NCBI GenBank assembly: GCA_045863855.1 | Contig: BTVV01000004.1 | Location: 1 to 64,000, forward strand | From: Planctomycetota bacterium | GTDB lineage: Bacteria > Planctomycetota > SZUA-567 > H5-PLA8 | Length of the DNA stretch: 64,000 nucleotides | Reading direction: 5' to 3' | Shown here: piece by piece, positions 34,985 through 46,600 of the stretch | Numbering within the stretch: the stretch's first letter is position 1 | How the letters are laid out: the number at the start of each line of letters is the position of its first letter | Notes under the pieces: model-generated | What the model was told of the DNA's origin: nothing | Seen by the model: only the letters and a program-made list of their open reading frames with translations | Databases searched by the model: none | Position numbers and translations under genes: made by a program

Positions 34985-36898
34985 TTACTTGTAACTGCGC
35001 ACGCTTAACGGAACGTGCTCGAACTCGAGCTTCTCGATGTTGCGCAGGGGCTTCTGCCCCTCGCCTTGGTACTCCCATGCCGCAACGTGGCAGAAATTTT
35101 CATCGTCGCGCTGGCATTCGCCTTCGGCGGTCTGGAACTCTTCGCGGAAATGCCCGCCGCACGACTCGCGCCGCTCAAGTGCGTCCCGCGCGGTCAGTTC
35201 GCCAAATTCCAGGAAATCGGCCACACGGCCGGCCCGCTCAAGCGCTTGGTTCAGATCGGCGTCGCTACCCGGCACGTTAACGTTCTGCCAGAATTCCTCC
35301 CGCAGCGCGGGTACTTTCTGGAGCAGCTCGTTCAGACCCTTTTCGTTGCGCGCCATGCCGCAATGTTCCCACATCAGCAGGCCCAGCTCTTTATGGAAGC
35401 TGTCCACGGTGCGCTTGCCTTTGATCGTGAGCAGCTTCTTGTTCATGCCGACGACCTTGTTTTCGGCATCCTTGAAGGCCGCATGTTCGGTATCGACCTT
35501 GCCGGGCTTGGCGCTCGTGAGGTAATGGCCGAGCGTGTAGGGAATGATGAAGTAACCGTCAGCGAGGCCCTGCATGAGGGCGCTGGCGCCCAGGCGGTTC
35601 GCGCCGTGATCGCTGAAGTTGGCTTCGCCCAGCACGAAGCAGCCCGGAATGGTGCTCTGCAAGTGGTAATCGACCCACAGCCCACCCATCGTGTAGTGCA
35701 CGGCGGGGTAGATGCGCATGGGCTGCTCGTAGCCGTCTTCGTTGGTGATGTTGTGGTACATCTCGAAAAGTTCTTTGTACTTCTCTTCGAGCTTCTTGCG
35801 GCCCTGGGTCTTGAGCGCATCGCGGAAATCGAGATACACGCCGCGCCCACCGGGACCGACGCCGCGGCCGGCATCGCATTGTTCTTTCGCGGCTCGGCTG
35901 GAGATGTCACGGGGCGCCAAGTTGCCGTAGGTCGGATATTTCCGTTCGAGGTAGTAATCGCGTTCGGCATCGGGAATCTGATTCGCCGGACGCTTGTCGC
36001 CAGCCTGCTTGGGCACCCAGACGCGGCCGTCGTTGCGCAGCGACTCGGACATCAGCGTCAGCTTGGACTGGTAGTCGCCGCTGACGGGGATGCAGGTCGG
36101 GTGAATCTGCGTGTAGCAGGGGTTGGCCATGCAAGCGCCGCGCTTGTACGCGCGCCAGATCGCGGAGACGTTGCAGCCCTTCGCGTTGGTCGAGAGATAG
36201 AATAGATTGCCGTAGCCGCCGGTGCAGAGCAGCACTGCATCGCCCAGCCAACGTTCGACTTTGCCGGTGACCATGTCGCGGGTGATGATGCCGCGCGCGT
36301 GCCCATCGGCGACAACCACGTCGAGCATCTCGTGGCGCGTATGGCTCTTCACCTTGCCCGCGGCGACCTGGCGCATCAACGCCTGGTACGCTCCGAGCAA
36401 CAGTTGCTGACCGGTCTGGCCACGCGCATAGAACGTGCGGCTGACGAGCGCGCCGCCGAAGGAGCGGTTGGCCAGGAGTCCGCCGTACTCGCGGGCAAAC
36501 GGCACGCCCTGCGCGACGCACTGGTCGATGATGTTCACGCTGATCTCGGCGAGGCGGTGGATATTGGCCTCGCGCCCGCGCCATTCGCCGCCTTTCACCG
36601 TGTCGTAAAAGAGGCGCCAGACGCTGTCACCGTCGTTCTGGTAGTTTTTGGCCGCATTGATGCCGCCCTGCGCGGCGATGCTGTGCGCGCGACGCGGACT
36701 GTCCTGGTAGCAGAAGGTGTGGACGTTGTAACCCAGCTCCGCGAGCGTCGCCGCGGCGCTGGCGCCGGCCAGCCCGGTGCCGACCACGAGGATCGTGTAT
36801 TTGCGCTTATTCGCCGGGTTGACCAGCTTCATGTTGAAGCGGTGCTGGTCCCACTTCTGCTGGATCGGACCCGGGGGGATTTTGGAGTCGAGTTGCAT
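34985..36898 (-). CDS. sdhA: Succinate dehydrogenase/fumarate reductase flavoprotein
   Basis: [52 protein letters not shown]. Confidence 0.96.
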   Translation of the reverse strand: MQLDSKIPPGPIQQKWDQHRFNMKLVNPANKRKYTILVVGTGLAGASAAATLAELGYNVHTFCYQDSPRRAHSIAAQGGINAAKNYQNDGDSVWRLFYDTVKGGEWRGREANIHRLAEISVNIIDQCVAQGVPFAREYGGLLANRSFGGALVSRTFYARGQTGQQLLLGAYQALMRQVAAGKVKSHTRHEMLDVVVADGHARGIITRDMVTGKVERWLGDAVLLCTGGYGNLFYLSTNAKGCNVSAIWRAYKRGACMANPCYTQIHPTCIPVSGDYQSKLTLMSESLRNDGRVWVPKQAGDKRPANQIPDAERDYYLERKYPTYGNLAPRDISSRAAKEQCDAGRGVGPGGRGVYLDFRDALKTQGRKKLEEKYKELFEMYHNITNEDGYEQPMRIYPAVHYTMGGLWVDYHLQSTIPGCFVLGEANFSDHGANRLGASALMQGLADGYFIIPYTLGHYLTSAKPGKVDTEHAAFKDAENKVVGMNKKLLTIKGKRTVDSFHKELGLLMWEHCGMARNEKGLNELLQKVPALREEFWQNVNVPGSDADLNQALERAGRVADFLEFGELTARDALERRESCGGHFREEFQTAEGECQRDDENFCHVAAWEYQGEGQKPLRNIEKLEFEHVPLSVRSYK

Positions 36899-36932
36899 GG
36901 CGCGCGAATTTCCTTGCTTAAAATCGAACCGG

Positions 36933-37616
36933 CTAGCGAACCGCTTCCGTCTTCTGAATCAGTTCCTTCACGCCGTCCGGAAGCGGCGTGCGCTTCTTAC
37001 CGCTCAGCAGGCCGAAGAGCGGAAGCACCAGGAAGCCTAAGGCGATACCCCAACCCAGAACCGTGCAGATCTGCTTCACCTTGCGGCGCTTCTCCGGCTT
37101 GATCAGCCCCAGCGTCTGAAAGAGACTCCAAAACCCGTGCGTCAGGTGCGTCCCGAGGATCAGCATCGAGAAGATGTAAAAGAGCGCCACTCCGGGATTG
37201 GCAAACTCGTTCATCACCAGCGCGTACAAACTGCCGCCGAACTCTTCGCGTGGACCGAACTTGAAGCCCCTCACATGCAGGATCACGAAGAGCGCCACGA
37301 GGACACCGCTGACGATCATGAATCGGCTAGGCGCTTCGGATTGATTATCGTTGACGGCGTAGCCTTGGGGACCTCGCGCGGCCTTATTCTCGGCAGTTAG
37401 CTTGATCGCCAGAACCACGTGCACGACAAAAATTGCCGCGAGCCCGATCTCCGCGACGATCAAAAGCGGACCCATCGCTTCCAAGCGCGCGGCATAGCCG
37501 TCGAACGCGGTGCTCCCGCCAAAAAGGAACAGGTTGCCTGCCAGGTGCGTGACCAGGAAGCCGATCAGCGCCAGTCCCGTAAGCGCCACTAGCGTCTTCT
37601 TTAGAATGGAATTCAT
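36933..37616 (-). CDS. sdhC: Succinate dehydrogenase cytochrome b subunit
   Basis: KKTLVALTG...HLAGN, heme-ligand His residues, [14 protein letters not shown]; first gene of sdhCAB; ATG 37616 with GGGAGAGG upstream. Confidence 0.93.
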   Translation of the reverse strand: MNSILKKTLVALTGLALIGFLVTHLAGNLFLFGGSTAFDGYAARLEAMGPLLIVAEIGLAAIFVVHVVLAIKLTAENKAARGPQGYAVNDNQSEAPSRFMIVSGVLVALFVILHVRGFKFGPREEFGGSLYALVMNEFANPGVALFYIFSMLILGTHLTHGFWSLFQTLGLIKPEKRRKVKQICTVLGWGIALGFLVLPLFGLLSGKKRTPLPDGVKELIQKTEAVR

Positions 37617-37896
37617 GCCTCTCCCGCCCACGGAAGGTTTCGGACTCGATGTCGTCGCCAAGGCTCGCCCTTCCTTTTAGGTTTGAAGGGCACGCGCTGC
37701 AAGCTCCGAACGCTTCATCCAAGCTTTGGTCCTCAAAAGGTTAAGCTAATTTTGAACGAGCCTGAGGCCAGAAGAGCCGCAAGCGCCTAATAATGGAAGG
37801 CGGAAACGAATCCACGAAAGCGGCACGCAAGGCAGGTGCATACGAATCGTTAGCCTTTCGTCGGTTCGTTCTATTTCGAGCACTTGGAAATGCACG

Positions 37897-38175
37897 ATGA
37901 GCGAAACAGCCGAAAATCCACCGCCGGCCTCCACGCCTCGTACCGACAAGCGGACGGCTAAACCTTCAACCGCACCCCCGACCTCAGACAACCGCTTCGC
38001 GGCTTCTACGCCTCCGTTCACCCGAGCGGTAGGGATCTTCATCCTTTTCTGTGCGCTGGGAGTTTGTGGATACGCGCTCTATACGCAGCAATGGTTTCAC
38101 GGGGCGGCGGTATTAGTGGGCGGCGGCTACTTGGGTCTTCGGCTCAGTGGCCGCCTGCCCAAGCGCAAAGCCTGA
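37897..38175 (+). CDS. Small hypothetical membrane protein
   Basis: Pro/Thr-rich N-terminus followed by two TM segments. Confidence 0.65.
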   Translation: MSETAENPPPASTPRTDKRTAKPSTAPPTSDNRFAASTPPFTRAVGIFILFCALGVCGYALYTQQWFHGAAVLVGGGYLGLRLSGRLPKRKA

Positions 38176-38256
38176 AGCTTCAGGCATGTCCGGCGTTCGC
38201 CACATTTCCAAGTCTTGGGTATGCTGAACGCTCTTCCTGGCGCGGAGCGTCTGACC

Positions 38257-39870
38257 ATGGGCACTCTCACTTTCGATTGGCTGATTCGCGGCGCTCGCGT
38301 CATCGACGGGACCGGCAGTCCGTGGTTCCGTGGTGATGTTGCACTGACAGGCGATCGGATCGCCGCGGTCATGCCGATGGGCCTGTTGTCGCCATCGGAT
38401 GCGCGGGAAGTGTTCGACGCCCAGGACCGAGCCGTAGCACCGGGCTTCATCGATTTGCAGAGCCACTCGATCACGTCCCTGATGGCGGATGGGCGCTGCG
38501 TTTCGAAGCTGCTGCAGGGCGTGACCACCGAGATCATGGGCGAAACGTGGGTGCCCGCCCCGCACGGCGGCAAATGCAATGCGCTGCCGGGCGAATGGAA
38601 AGATCGCGCGAAGCATTGGACGCGCTTCCGGCACTGGTTCGACGATCTGGTCGGCCGTGGCGTGGGACCGAACGTCGGTTCGTTCATGGCCGCCGGCACG
38701 CTGCGCAGTTTGGCCTGTGGGATGCGCATGGGCCGGGCGAATGAAACGGAACTGGAACGGCAGCGGCAGTTGATGGCCGAGACGATGCGCGATGGCGCGT
38801 TCGGGATCAGCTACGCGCTCATCTATCCACCCGATACTTATGTGGAGTTGGACGAAATCGTGGAAGTCTCCGCCGTGGCCGCCCGATACGGCGGCGTTTA
38901 CATCACGCATATGCGCTCTGAAAGCGACAAGCTGCTGGAAGGCCTGGACGAAGCGTTCGTGATCGGCCGGCGCGCGAGCATTCCGGTGGAAGTGTACCAT
39001 TTGAAAGCCGCGGGCAAGAAAAACTGGCATCTGATGCCGCAGGCCATTGCGCGCATCGAGGCCGCACGCTCGACCGGCCAGGACGTGACCGCTTGCATGT
39101 ACCCGTACATCGCGAGCGGCACGGGATTGAGCGCGATGGTTCCGAGTTGGGCGCACGCCGACGACCGGCTGTACGCGAACCTGCGCGACCCGGCGGTGCG
39201 CGCGACGATCCGCGCGGAGATGCTGAAAACCTATGGCGGAGGCGCGGAACTGGGTGCACGCGCCGAGGGCATTATGCCCGTGGGATTCACGCTTCCCGAG
39301 CATAAGGGCTATCCCGGAAAACGGCTTTCCGCCATCGCGGCGCTTCGCAAACAGGACTGGATCGACGCGCTGCTGGATCTGCTTGCCGCTGAAGAGCAAA
39401 GCATCTTCACCATGTATTTCAGCATGAGCGAGAAGAACCTGCGGCTGCAGTTGCAGCAGCCCTGGATCAAGATCGCCAGCGACGCCGGTGGGCACGATCC
39501 GGCGGGATCAGAAACGCGCAATCCCACGCACCCGCGCGCGTACGGCACGTTCACGCGCGTGCTGGGGCATTACGCGCGGGATCAGGGCGTGCTGACGATC
39601 GAGGATGCGGTGCGCAAGATGACCGGAGCGGTGGCCGCGCGGCTAAGCCTCACCGACCGCGGCTACCTCCGTCCGGGCGCGTTCGCCGACGTGACGCTGT
39701 TCGATCCGGAAACCGTCGCCGACCGAGCGACGTTCGAAGAGACGCACCGAGCTTCGGTAGGCGTGCATGAAGTCTGGGTCAACGGGATCCGCGTCGTCTC
39801 GCAGGGAGCCGTGACTGGCACGCTTCCGGGGCGCTTCGTAACCGGGCCCGGCTATACGGGGCAACCCTGA
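38257..39870 (+). CDS. N-acyl-D-amino-acid deacylase (D-aminoacylase) family amidohydrolase
   Basis: VIDGTG.PW, APGFID, THMRSE, YHLK, YPY.A, SD, HPRAYGTF.RVLG, AVRKMT. Confidence 0.9.
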   Translation: MGTLTFDWLIRGARVIDGTGSPWFRGDVALTGDRIAAVMPMGLLSPSDAREVFDAQDRAVAPGFIDLQSHSITSLMADGRCVSKLLQGVTTEIMGETWVPAPHGGKCNALPGEWKDRAKHWTRFRHWFDDLVGRGVGPNVGSFMAAGTLRSLACGMRMGRANETELERQRQLMAETMRDGAFGISYALIYPPDTYVELDEIVEVSAVAARYGGVYITHMRSESDKLLEGLDEAFVIGRRASIPVEVYHLKAAGKKNWHLMPQAIARIEAARSTGQDVTACMYPYIASGTGLSAMVPSWAHADDRLYANLRDPAVRATIRAEMLKTYGGGAELGARAEGIMPVGFTLPEHKGYPGKRLSAIAALRKQDWIDALLDLLAAEEQSIFTMYFSMSEKNLRLQLQQPWIKIASDAGGHDPAGSETRNPTHPRAYGTFTRVLGHYARDQGVLTIEDAVRKMTGAVAARLSLTDRGYLRPGAFADVTLFDPETVADRATFEETHRASVGVHEVWVNGIRVVSQGAVTGTLPGRFVTGPGYTGQP

Positions 39871-40622
39871 TGCCGCTTCGACTCGATCGAATGGGCTTGG
39901 AGTTGTACGTTTTCGGTTCCGACGGCGGAAACGCGGAGGCGTTGGACCGGCGCATTTTGCCGGAGCTTCGCGCGTACGGATACGAATGCATCGAGGGCTT
40001 CGCGAAGCCGGACGGCCTGGGCGAACTGGCGCGACGGCACGGTCTGCGGTTGGCGGGCGTGCACGCCAGCACTTCGGCCCTGCAATCGCTGGCCGACCTG
40101 ACTCGGTTCGCGAAAGCCAACGGCTCGCACGATCTCTGCGTCTCGGGTCCGCTATCCTGGAACGCACGCGGATTGAGCGACTATCTCGCCACCGCAAAGG
40201 TATTGAACGAGGCCGGATCCCGGCTCAGCGCCGATGGCCTGCGCGTGCACTACCATAACCACGAATTCGAGTTCACTCCGCTGGACGGTTCGCGTACGGC
40301 CTTCGATGTGCTGATGGAGGCCACGGATTCGAATGCGGTGAGCGTCTGCGTCGACGTGGGCTGGGCTTGGGCGGCGGGCGCCGACGTACCCGCGCTGCTT
40401 GCGCGGTACGGACCGCGAATCGGCTTCGTTCATTTGCGAGACTTCGCTCGCGGACGCTCGGTCGCTCTGGGGGCCGGCGAAGTCAACCTGCGCGTACAAC
40501 TCGAAGCGATCGCAAACCTGCCGAACTTACGTGAACTTATCGTGGAGCACGATCCCACCACCGCCGATCCCTTGGGCGCGATGCGCGAAAGCCTCGAGTG
40601 GCTTCGCAATGCGTTATCTTAG
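39870..40622 (+). CDS. Sugar phosphate isomerase/epimerase (TIM barrel)
   Basis: YHNHEFEF, DVGWA, VHLRD, LGAGEV, VEHD; start overlaps the upstream stop. Confidence 0.88.
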   Translation: MPLRLDRMGLELYVFGSDGGNAEALDRRILPELRAYGYECIEGFAKPDGLGELARRHGLRLAGVHASTSALQSLADLTRFAKANGSHDLCVSGPLSWNARGLSDYLATAKVLNEAGSRLSADGLRVHYHNHEFEFTPLDGSRTAFDVLMEATDSNAVSVCVDVGWAWAAGADVPALLARYGPRIGFVHLRDFARGRSVALGAGEVNLRVQLEAIANLPNLRELIVEHDPTTADPLGAMRESLEWLRNALS

Positions 40623-40629
40623 AACGAAC

Positions 40630-43600
40630 CTAAGGCTGCGGTGAGGGTCCGGCCGTCGGCGCCCAGACGACCGGGCCGCCGTGATATTCCAGAAACACCT
40701 GCGCGCCGAAGTTCTGATCCTCGTGTACGTAAACTCTCTGCATGAAGAGCGTTCGATCGTACGCAAGGATGGCGTTGATCGGAGCGTTGAATTCCGGCGG
40801 CTTGAAACGATCGTCCGTTTTCCCGTCGGCCTGCCGCAAGACCGCGGGACCGGCCGAAGTGGGAAACAGCAGTTGAGAGCGCGTCGCGATCGGTTGCCCG
40901 AGAAGCCGGCCTGGCAAGGGGGCCATCCAGCGCACCCCTCCGTCCGTATCCAACCACGCGGCTTCGCCTTGCTCGCTGGCGAAACAGATGCCTTGCGGGG
41001 TGACGACGGGGCCGATCGAGTGGTATCCGCTTAGCTCGCGCTTCCAAAATTCGCGTCCGGTGCGGAGATCGAATGCGTGCGCGACGCCCTTCTCGTCGCC
41101 AAGATAGATGCGATCATGAAAGATTGCGGGCGTCGCCCGCGTATGCGGCGCAATGGGCGCGCGCCATGCGGCTTGGCCTTCTTCGGCGCGAACGGCGATC
41201 AACTCGCCATTCCCGCTGGCGAAGACCACCAATCCGCCAGCGACCGCCGGTCCGCCGCGAATTTTTCCGCCCGCCGAAAACTCCCAAATTACGGTTCCCG
41301 AGTGCACGTCCACTTTGTAAAGCGTTCCGTCATCGGACCCGAAGTAGAGATCGTCCCCCACCGGCGCGGGCGAACTGTACACGCGCCCTCCGGTCTTGAA
41401 GCCCCACAGGTAGGTTCCGTTGTCGGCGACCGCGTGAAGCTTCCCGTCGGCCGAACCCACAAATAGCCGCCGCGCATAGCGCGCGGGCGTGGACGTGGGC
41501 GTGATGGAAGCCAGTCCCCAAGCAGGTCCTTGGACGAAGGCATCGCTCTTGCGCTTGTTTTTCTTTTCCTCGACAGCGCTTTCCGTGCGCCGGTCGGCGA
41601 TCGAGCGAATGGCGCCTCCCGCTTCACCGAAGGTGAACACTCGGTCCACGTACGTCGCGCCGACCTGAAAGGCCGGTGTGGCGCCGATGCGGTTGGTATT
41701 CTGCTCGGTATACGCTCCCGTCACGTCCTCGGGAAACGCATCGGGCACCCTTCGTGGATTGGCCAGGAGCATGGGAAAAGCCAGCGGATCCGTGGTTCCG
41801 GCGAGCGGCGCGTCTTCGCCGTCCAGAGGGCCGTAGAGTTCCACTTCGGTAAGGCTTTCGTGGCGTCCCGGATGTTTGCCCGGAAGAATCTTGATCGCAT
41901 CGGTGAGCATCGGTTTCGGCAGGCGCACCACCACGAAGCGCCGGCTGTTGCCCTTCACCAGCGCGATCGTTTTGGGCACCGGCGGCTGCGCTTCCAAGTC
42001 ATTGGCAAGAATGCAAAGGTGCCGGTACGCGTTCTCGGGATTCGCGTTGTTCAGGTACAGGACGATATGCGAAATGAATGCAGGCTTGGCGAGGACGGCG
42101 CTGAAACCCATCGCGCGCGGCGGATAGGTCCAGATCGGGCCGACATCGTCAAGCCGTCCGTTGTGCAGGTAAGCCTGTTCTTCGACGAATTTCTGCGTGC
42201 CGGTTGTGGTCCCCGGAGCAAAGACCACCATGTGGTTGCGCGAAGCGAGACGCTTGGAAAGTTCGGGAGCGATGCGGTTGTACTGCACCCGAATGTCCTT
42301 CACGTACGTGGGCTCCACCGCGTGTAGTTCAGCATCGGCCAAGAGATTCGAAGACGGAAAGCGAACCGCGCGCAGGCTTACCGCGTCGACCAGCACCTCG
42401 CCGCCCACGGCTTCCAGACCTATCGTCAAGCCTTTGGTCTCGGCGTACGACTTGACCGCTAAGCGGCCGAACAACCATTCGCCGGTCACGCCACCGAAGC
42501 GCGAAACGGTAAATGTCTCCTTCTCCCCGGCCAGAGCGCCGCCGGCCACGAGCGCGGCTTGCGGCGAACTCAGCTTGTAACGAAACTCAAGCAGGTAAGT
42601 TGCTGACGGAATCGCTTTGCGCGGCAGCTTCTGCGTAACCGGCGTTCCGGGCAGCAGCCGCAAGGCGCGATTGCCGTCCAAACCTGGCTCTAAATAGGCC
42701 GGCGCACTCCCCTCGGCCTGCCAGCCTCCGTTCCCTTCGAAACTCGGCTGCTCGAGTTGCTCGACACCCAAGCGTAGCAGGGTGTCGTAATCGCCGGGCC
42801 GGTCGACGCTGAGCGGGAAGAATTCTTCGGTGCTGTCGCGATCGCGGCGCAGGGTTTGCCTGACGAATTGCGCATAGGGCAGATCGGGATACTCGACCAG
42901 ATCGCGCAGGCGGACGCGCCAAACTTGCTTGCCCGAAGCGTCGAACTTAACGACATCCCCGTTGATGGCTCCCGCCAGGAGCCCTTCGGTCAATGGGAGC
43001 AGCCGCGCGCTGAACGGCATGCGCGCTTCCCAAGCCGGTTTTCCAGACTCGAGATCGAGCGCCATGACCGCGCCATCTCGATCGCAACGGTACACCCGGC
43101 CGGACTTGGCGTCCATGCGATCGAGGCTCGGCATCCAGACGCGTGCATCGCGGTAGGTCCACATAGGTTTCCCGTTTGGCGCGCGGCGCGTGACTTCATA
43201 CAGGCCGAACTCCAACGCGCTGCCATCGGCAAGAGTCTGGCCAGGACTTGGAGTAAGCGTGCCGAGCTTTCCGTCTAAAGGCCAAAGCGTCCACTGGCTG
43301 CCGGTGACGATGCGCGGCCATTCCTCACCGGCGTTCCAGGCCAGCGAGAAGTGACCGGATTCGATACTCTCCGCGCGCTCGTCGGCCAACTGGGCGATGC
43401 GTTCGCCCGTGCGCGCATGGAAGATTTCAGGTTCGAATCGCCATACCGTATAAATGTAAACGCCCATCTTGGTGGTGCCGGCGTTGCGCGACTGTCCCAA
43501 GGCGATTTTCTCGCCGTCCGGCGAAATCACCACATTGCCAAGATTTAGCGTGCTGGGGAATTGCGCGGCTCCCCGTTGATCGGCTTCTTTCGGGTACGCC

Positions 43601-46600
43601 GCGATAGCGTCCGAGCGGTCTATGTACCATTGCCGTTCGCCCTCGTAAGAAACCGCCAACAATCCCGCGAGGCCCTTGATCAGAAGCTGGCGCACCTTCG
43701 GGTTGTCCAGGATCGTGAGGTGCGTGCTTACCGGTCCCTCCTCTTCGTGATAGCGCGGCCACAAGGTGCCTGAGAACTTGCGGAACACGAGGCCGTCTTC
43801 GCCGTTGAGCAGAAAGACCAGGCCCGGGTTCGAGGTAGATGCAATCACTCGCTTGCCTTCGTCGTACCAGCGCGCGTAGTAAGCGTCGTGCTCCGGAAGG
43901 AACGTTTTCCATAGCACCTCGCCCTCGCGTGACAGACAGTACAAATTGGTTGCGTAGCCCTCCGTGCCCACCAGCACGCGGCCGGTGGCGGGGTCTTCGT
44001 CCAACGTACGTACAAAATGGATTAAGCCCAGGCGTTCCCGCAAACTGGACGGTTCACGGTCCACTGAAGCCACCTTCGCGCCGAGCGTCTTGGGGTCGGG
44101 CATAGCTCCCGCGAAGGTTGGGCGCGACGGCCATGTTTCGGCCAGCGGCACCTCTTTTTTGAGCAGCGCCACCGCGCGCTCAAGGCCTTCGGCATCGTTC
44201 GCAAGCAGTGCGAGCGTGTCGTGTGCATTCGAGAATCCCCGGTGAACGCACGAGATCATGGCTCGACCGCGGCCCGGGAAATGCGTGCTGATGGGATGCG
44301 CCAACGCGCCGCGTTCCACCAAGCTTCGCACCAGGGGGCTGGCGTACGAGTTGCCCAGCACCACCACCGGCGTATCCATCATGCGGATCGGGTAGACCAG
44401 CGAACCGCGCCACATCCGCAAGGGGTCCACGAGGTCCGAAGTCGCCTGTGGAATCGTTTGCGGACCGCTGCCTAGGCCGCCTTCCGGTTCGATGCGCGCT
44501 TCTCGTCCGGAACGCTCGAACCAGGCTTTCAGGCGTTCGGCTTGCGAACGCGTCCATGTCTGATCTTCGGGCAGCGCGATCACCACCGGAGATTTGTCCG
44601 ATAAGAAACGCTGCGCCAATTCCGCGTCAGTGACCAGCACCTCGTCGCTCACGACGGCGCTGGGTGGCAAACGCCAGTCCTGAACGTCGACGGTCGACTG
44701 CGCCTGCAAGCCCCCGATCAATTCTCGAACTCGAATCGCGAGTTTACCGTTCCCCGCGTTCACGGGCGCTCCGAACGCTCCAAGGTACTCGCCGATGCCG
44801 GCACGATAGAGGCGCTCCAGTTCATGGCCTGCGCCATCGGATATCACGATCTCGAAGGGAAACGCGGCGTCAATCGGGTTGCCTTGGGCATCCAGCACGG
44901 TTAGCCGATAGGTCAGGGTAGAGCCTCCGTCGACTTGCGCCGATGCCTCCAAACGCAACTGCGCGGGTTCGGCGGGCAGAAACGCGAATATCTTCCCGGG
45001 GTATTCGCGCATGTCGGCTTGCAGAGTCATCCAATCGCCGTCGGAAGCCACCTCGATGCGCTTGTTCTCGAGAACATCGAAACAAACGGTCGAGCGCTTC
45101 GGGATGCGCAGCTTCTCGATCGCCGGCGCCTGGTAGAACGTCTTATGCAAACCGGAGAAACCGGTGAAGCGGAAATTGGCGAGAATCAGGTACTCGCCCG
45201 CGCCGCCGCGCAACCAGTCGGGGCCGAAGAGCATCTCGTGCTCGGCGGCGGGAGGAATGCGCTTCGCAAGAAACTCTTTCACCAGCTTGGTCGTCGCCTC
45301 GGACTGGTCCACTACCATCTCCGTCTCGAAATCGATGAACTTGGGAAACGCGCCTCCCATCTTGTCGTCGTATTCGTCGAGATCCGAAGCAAGACGAACG
45401 AGGCCTTCGAGCGGAAGCTTGCTGGACTGCTCCACCGCCAGCACCTTTCCCGCCGACTGGAGCCGGCGCAGGCTCTTTAGAATCGATTCGGGTACTTCAT
45501 CTTCGAGCGTGTAGCCCGGAACAAAGATCACCTCGTACGCCATCCCTTCGTCGGCCAGGATCTGATGGTCGTACAGATAGTCGGCGGGGAAGCCCGCGCG
45601 CAGGCACGCGACCCACAGGCCTTCGCATGTCGCTGCAAGCTTGGTGGACTTTTTGGGGCCGAGGTAATGCGCTTCGCGGCTGTAATACACGGCAACCTTT
45701 TTATAGCCGCGTTTTAGCTTCAGGAAAAAATCGCCGTATGGCTCCAGTAGGTGCTTGGCGATGTCGCGGTGCCCTTCGCGCGAATCGCCCTGATGCTGCG
45801 CGGAACCGCGGCCGCCTCGGGCGAAGCTTTGGTTAAAAAAGGTGATGCCTTCCACTTGTTGCGAAAGCGTCAAAAACGTGTTGCGCAGCTTGCAGGCGCC
45901 TAAATCGCCGGGAATGTAGTAGTCGGCGATCTGTGACCAAACGGGGATGTCGCCGCGAATGCGCATGACGTCCGCGCCCATCGGCCCCCAAACGGGACGG
46001 TCGCCCGCGCCGCCATCCTTGTAGCCCACGTTTACGGCGATATCGAGCGGTTCGAAAATTTTCGGCGCGCCGCCCAGCATGCCGATGTTGTCCCCGTTGC
46101 CTCCGAACATGCGGTGCTGAGTGAAGTTGAGCGCGCCGGGCATCACGGCCTTCGCGGCGCGCGTCATCTGCTCGGAAAGCATGCGCCATTCGTCGTCCTG
46201 AAACTGCGGCCAAAGCTTGTACTTCTCCAGATCCTTGGTGTTGCGCCGGCCGGGCAATCCGCGATACCAGCGCTCCAGCGCGCGCATGCTTTCGTCGCTG
46301 GCCATGCCTTCGTATTTCTCGCGAAACTCCAACTCCTCCAATTTGAGCATATACTCGGTGCTGGGCGTACCGGGGTTGGCGATGTCGTAGAGTTCGTCGT
46401 ACAGGCACAATCCTTCGAAGGCCGGCGAATGGCGCATCGAAGCGGTTTCGAGCGCCGCGAACCGGACGCATCCGTCGCGCGCTTTTTGCCCGCGCGGGAG
46501 CAGGTCGTCAACATACGCGATCGTGTTGTGATACACGCGCAGGCCGCGCTTGGTGGCCGCATCCAAAAACGTATCCCGTCCGCTGGGTTGGTAAAAAGAC

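Noticed and set aside
34199..37616. sdhCAB lacking sdhD
   Set aside because: A single large cytochrome b subunit is an established three-subunit SDH type.
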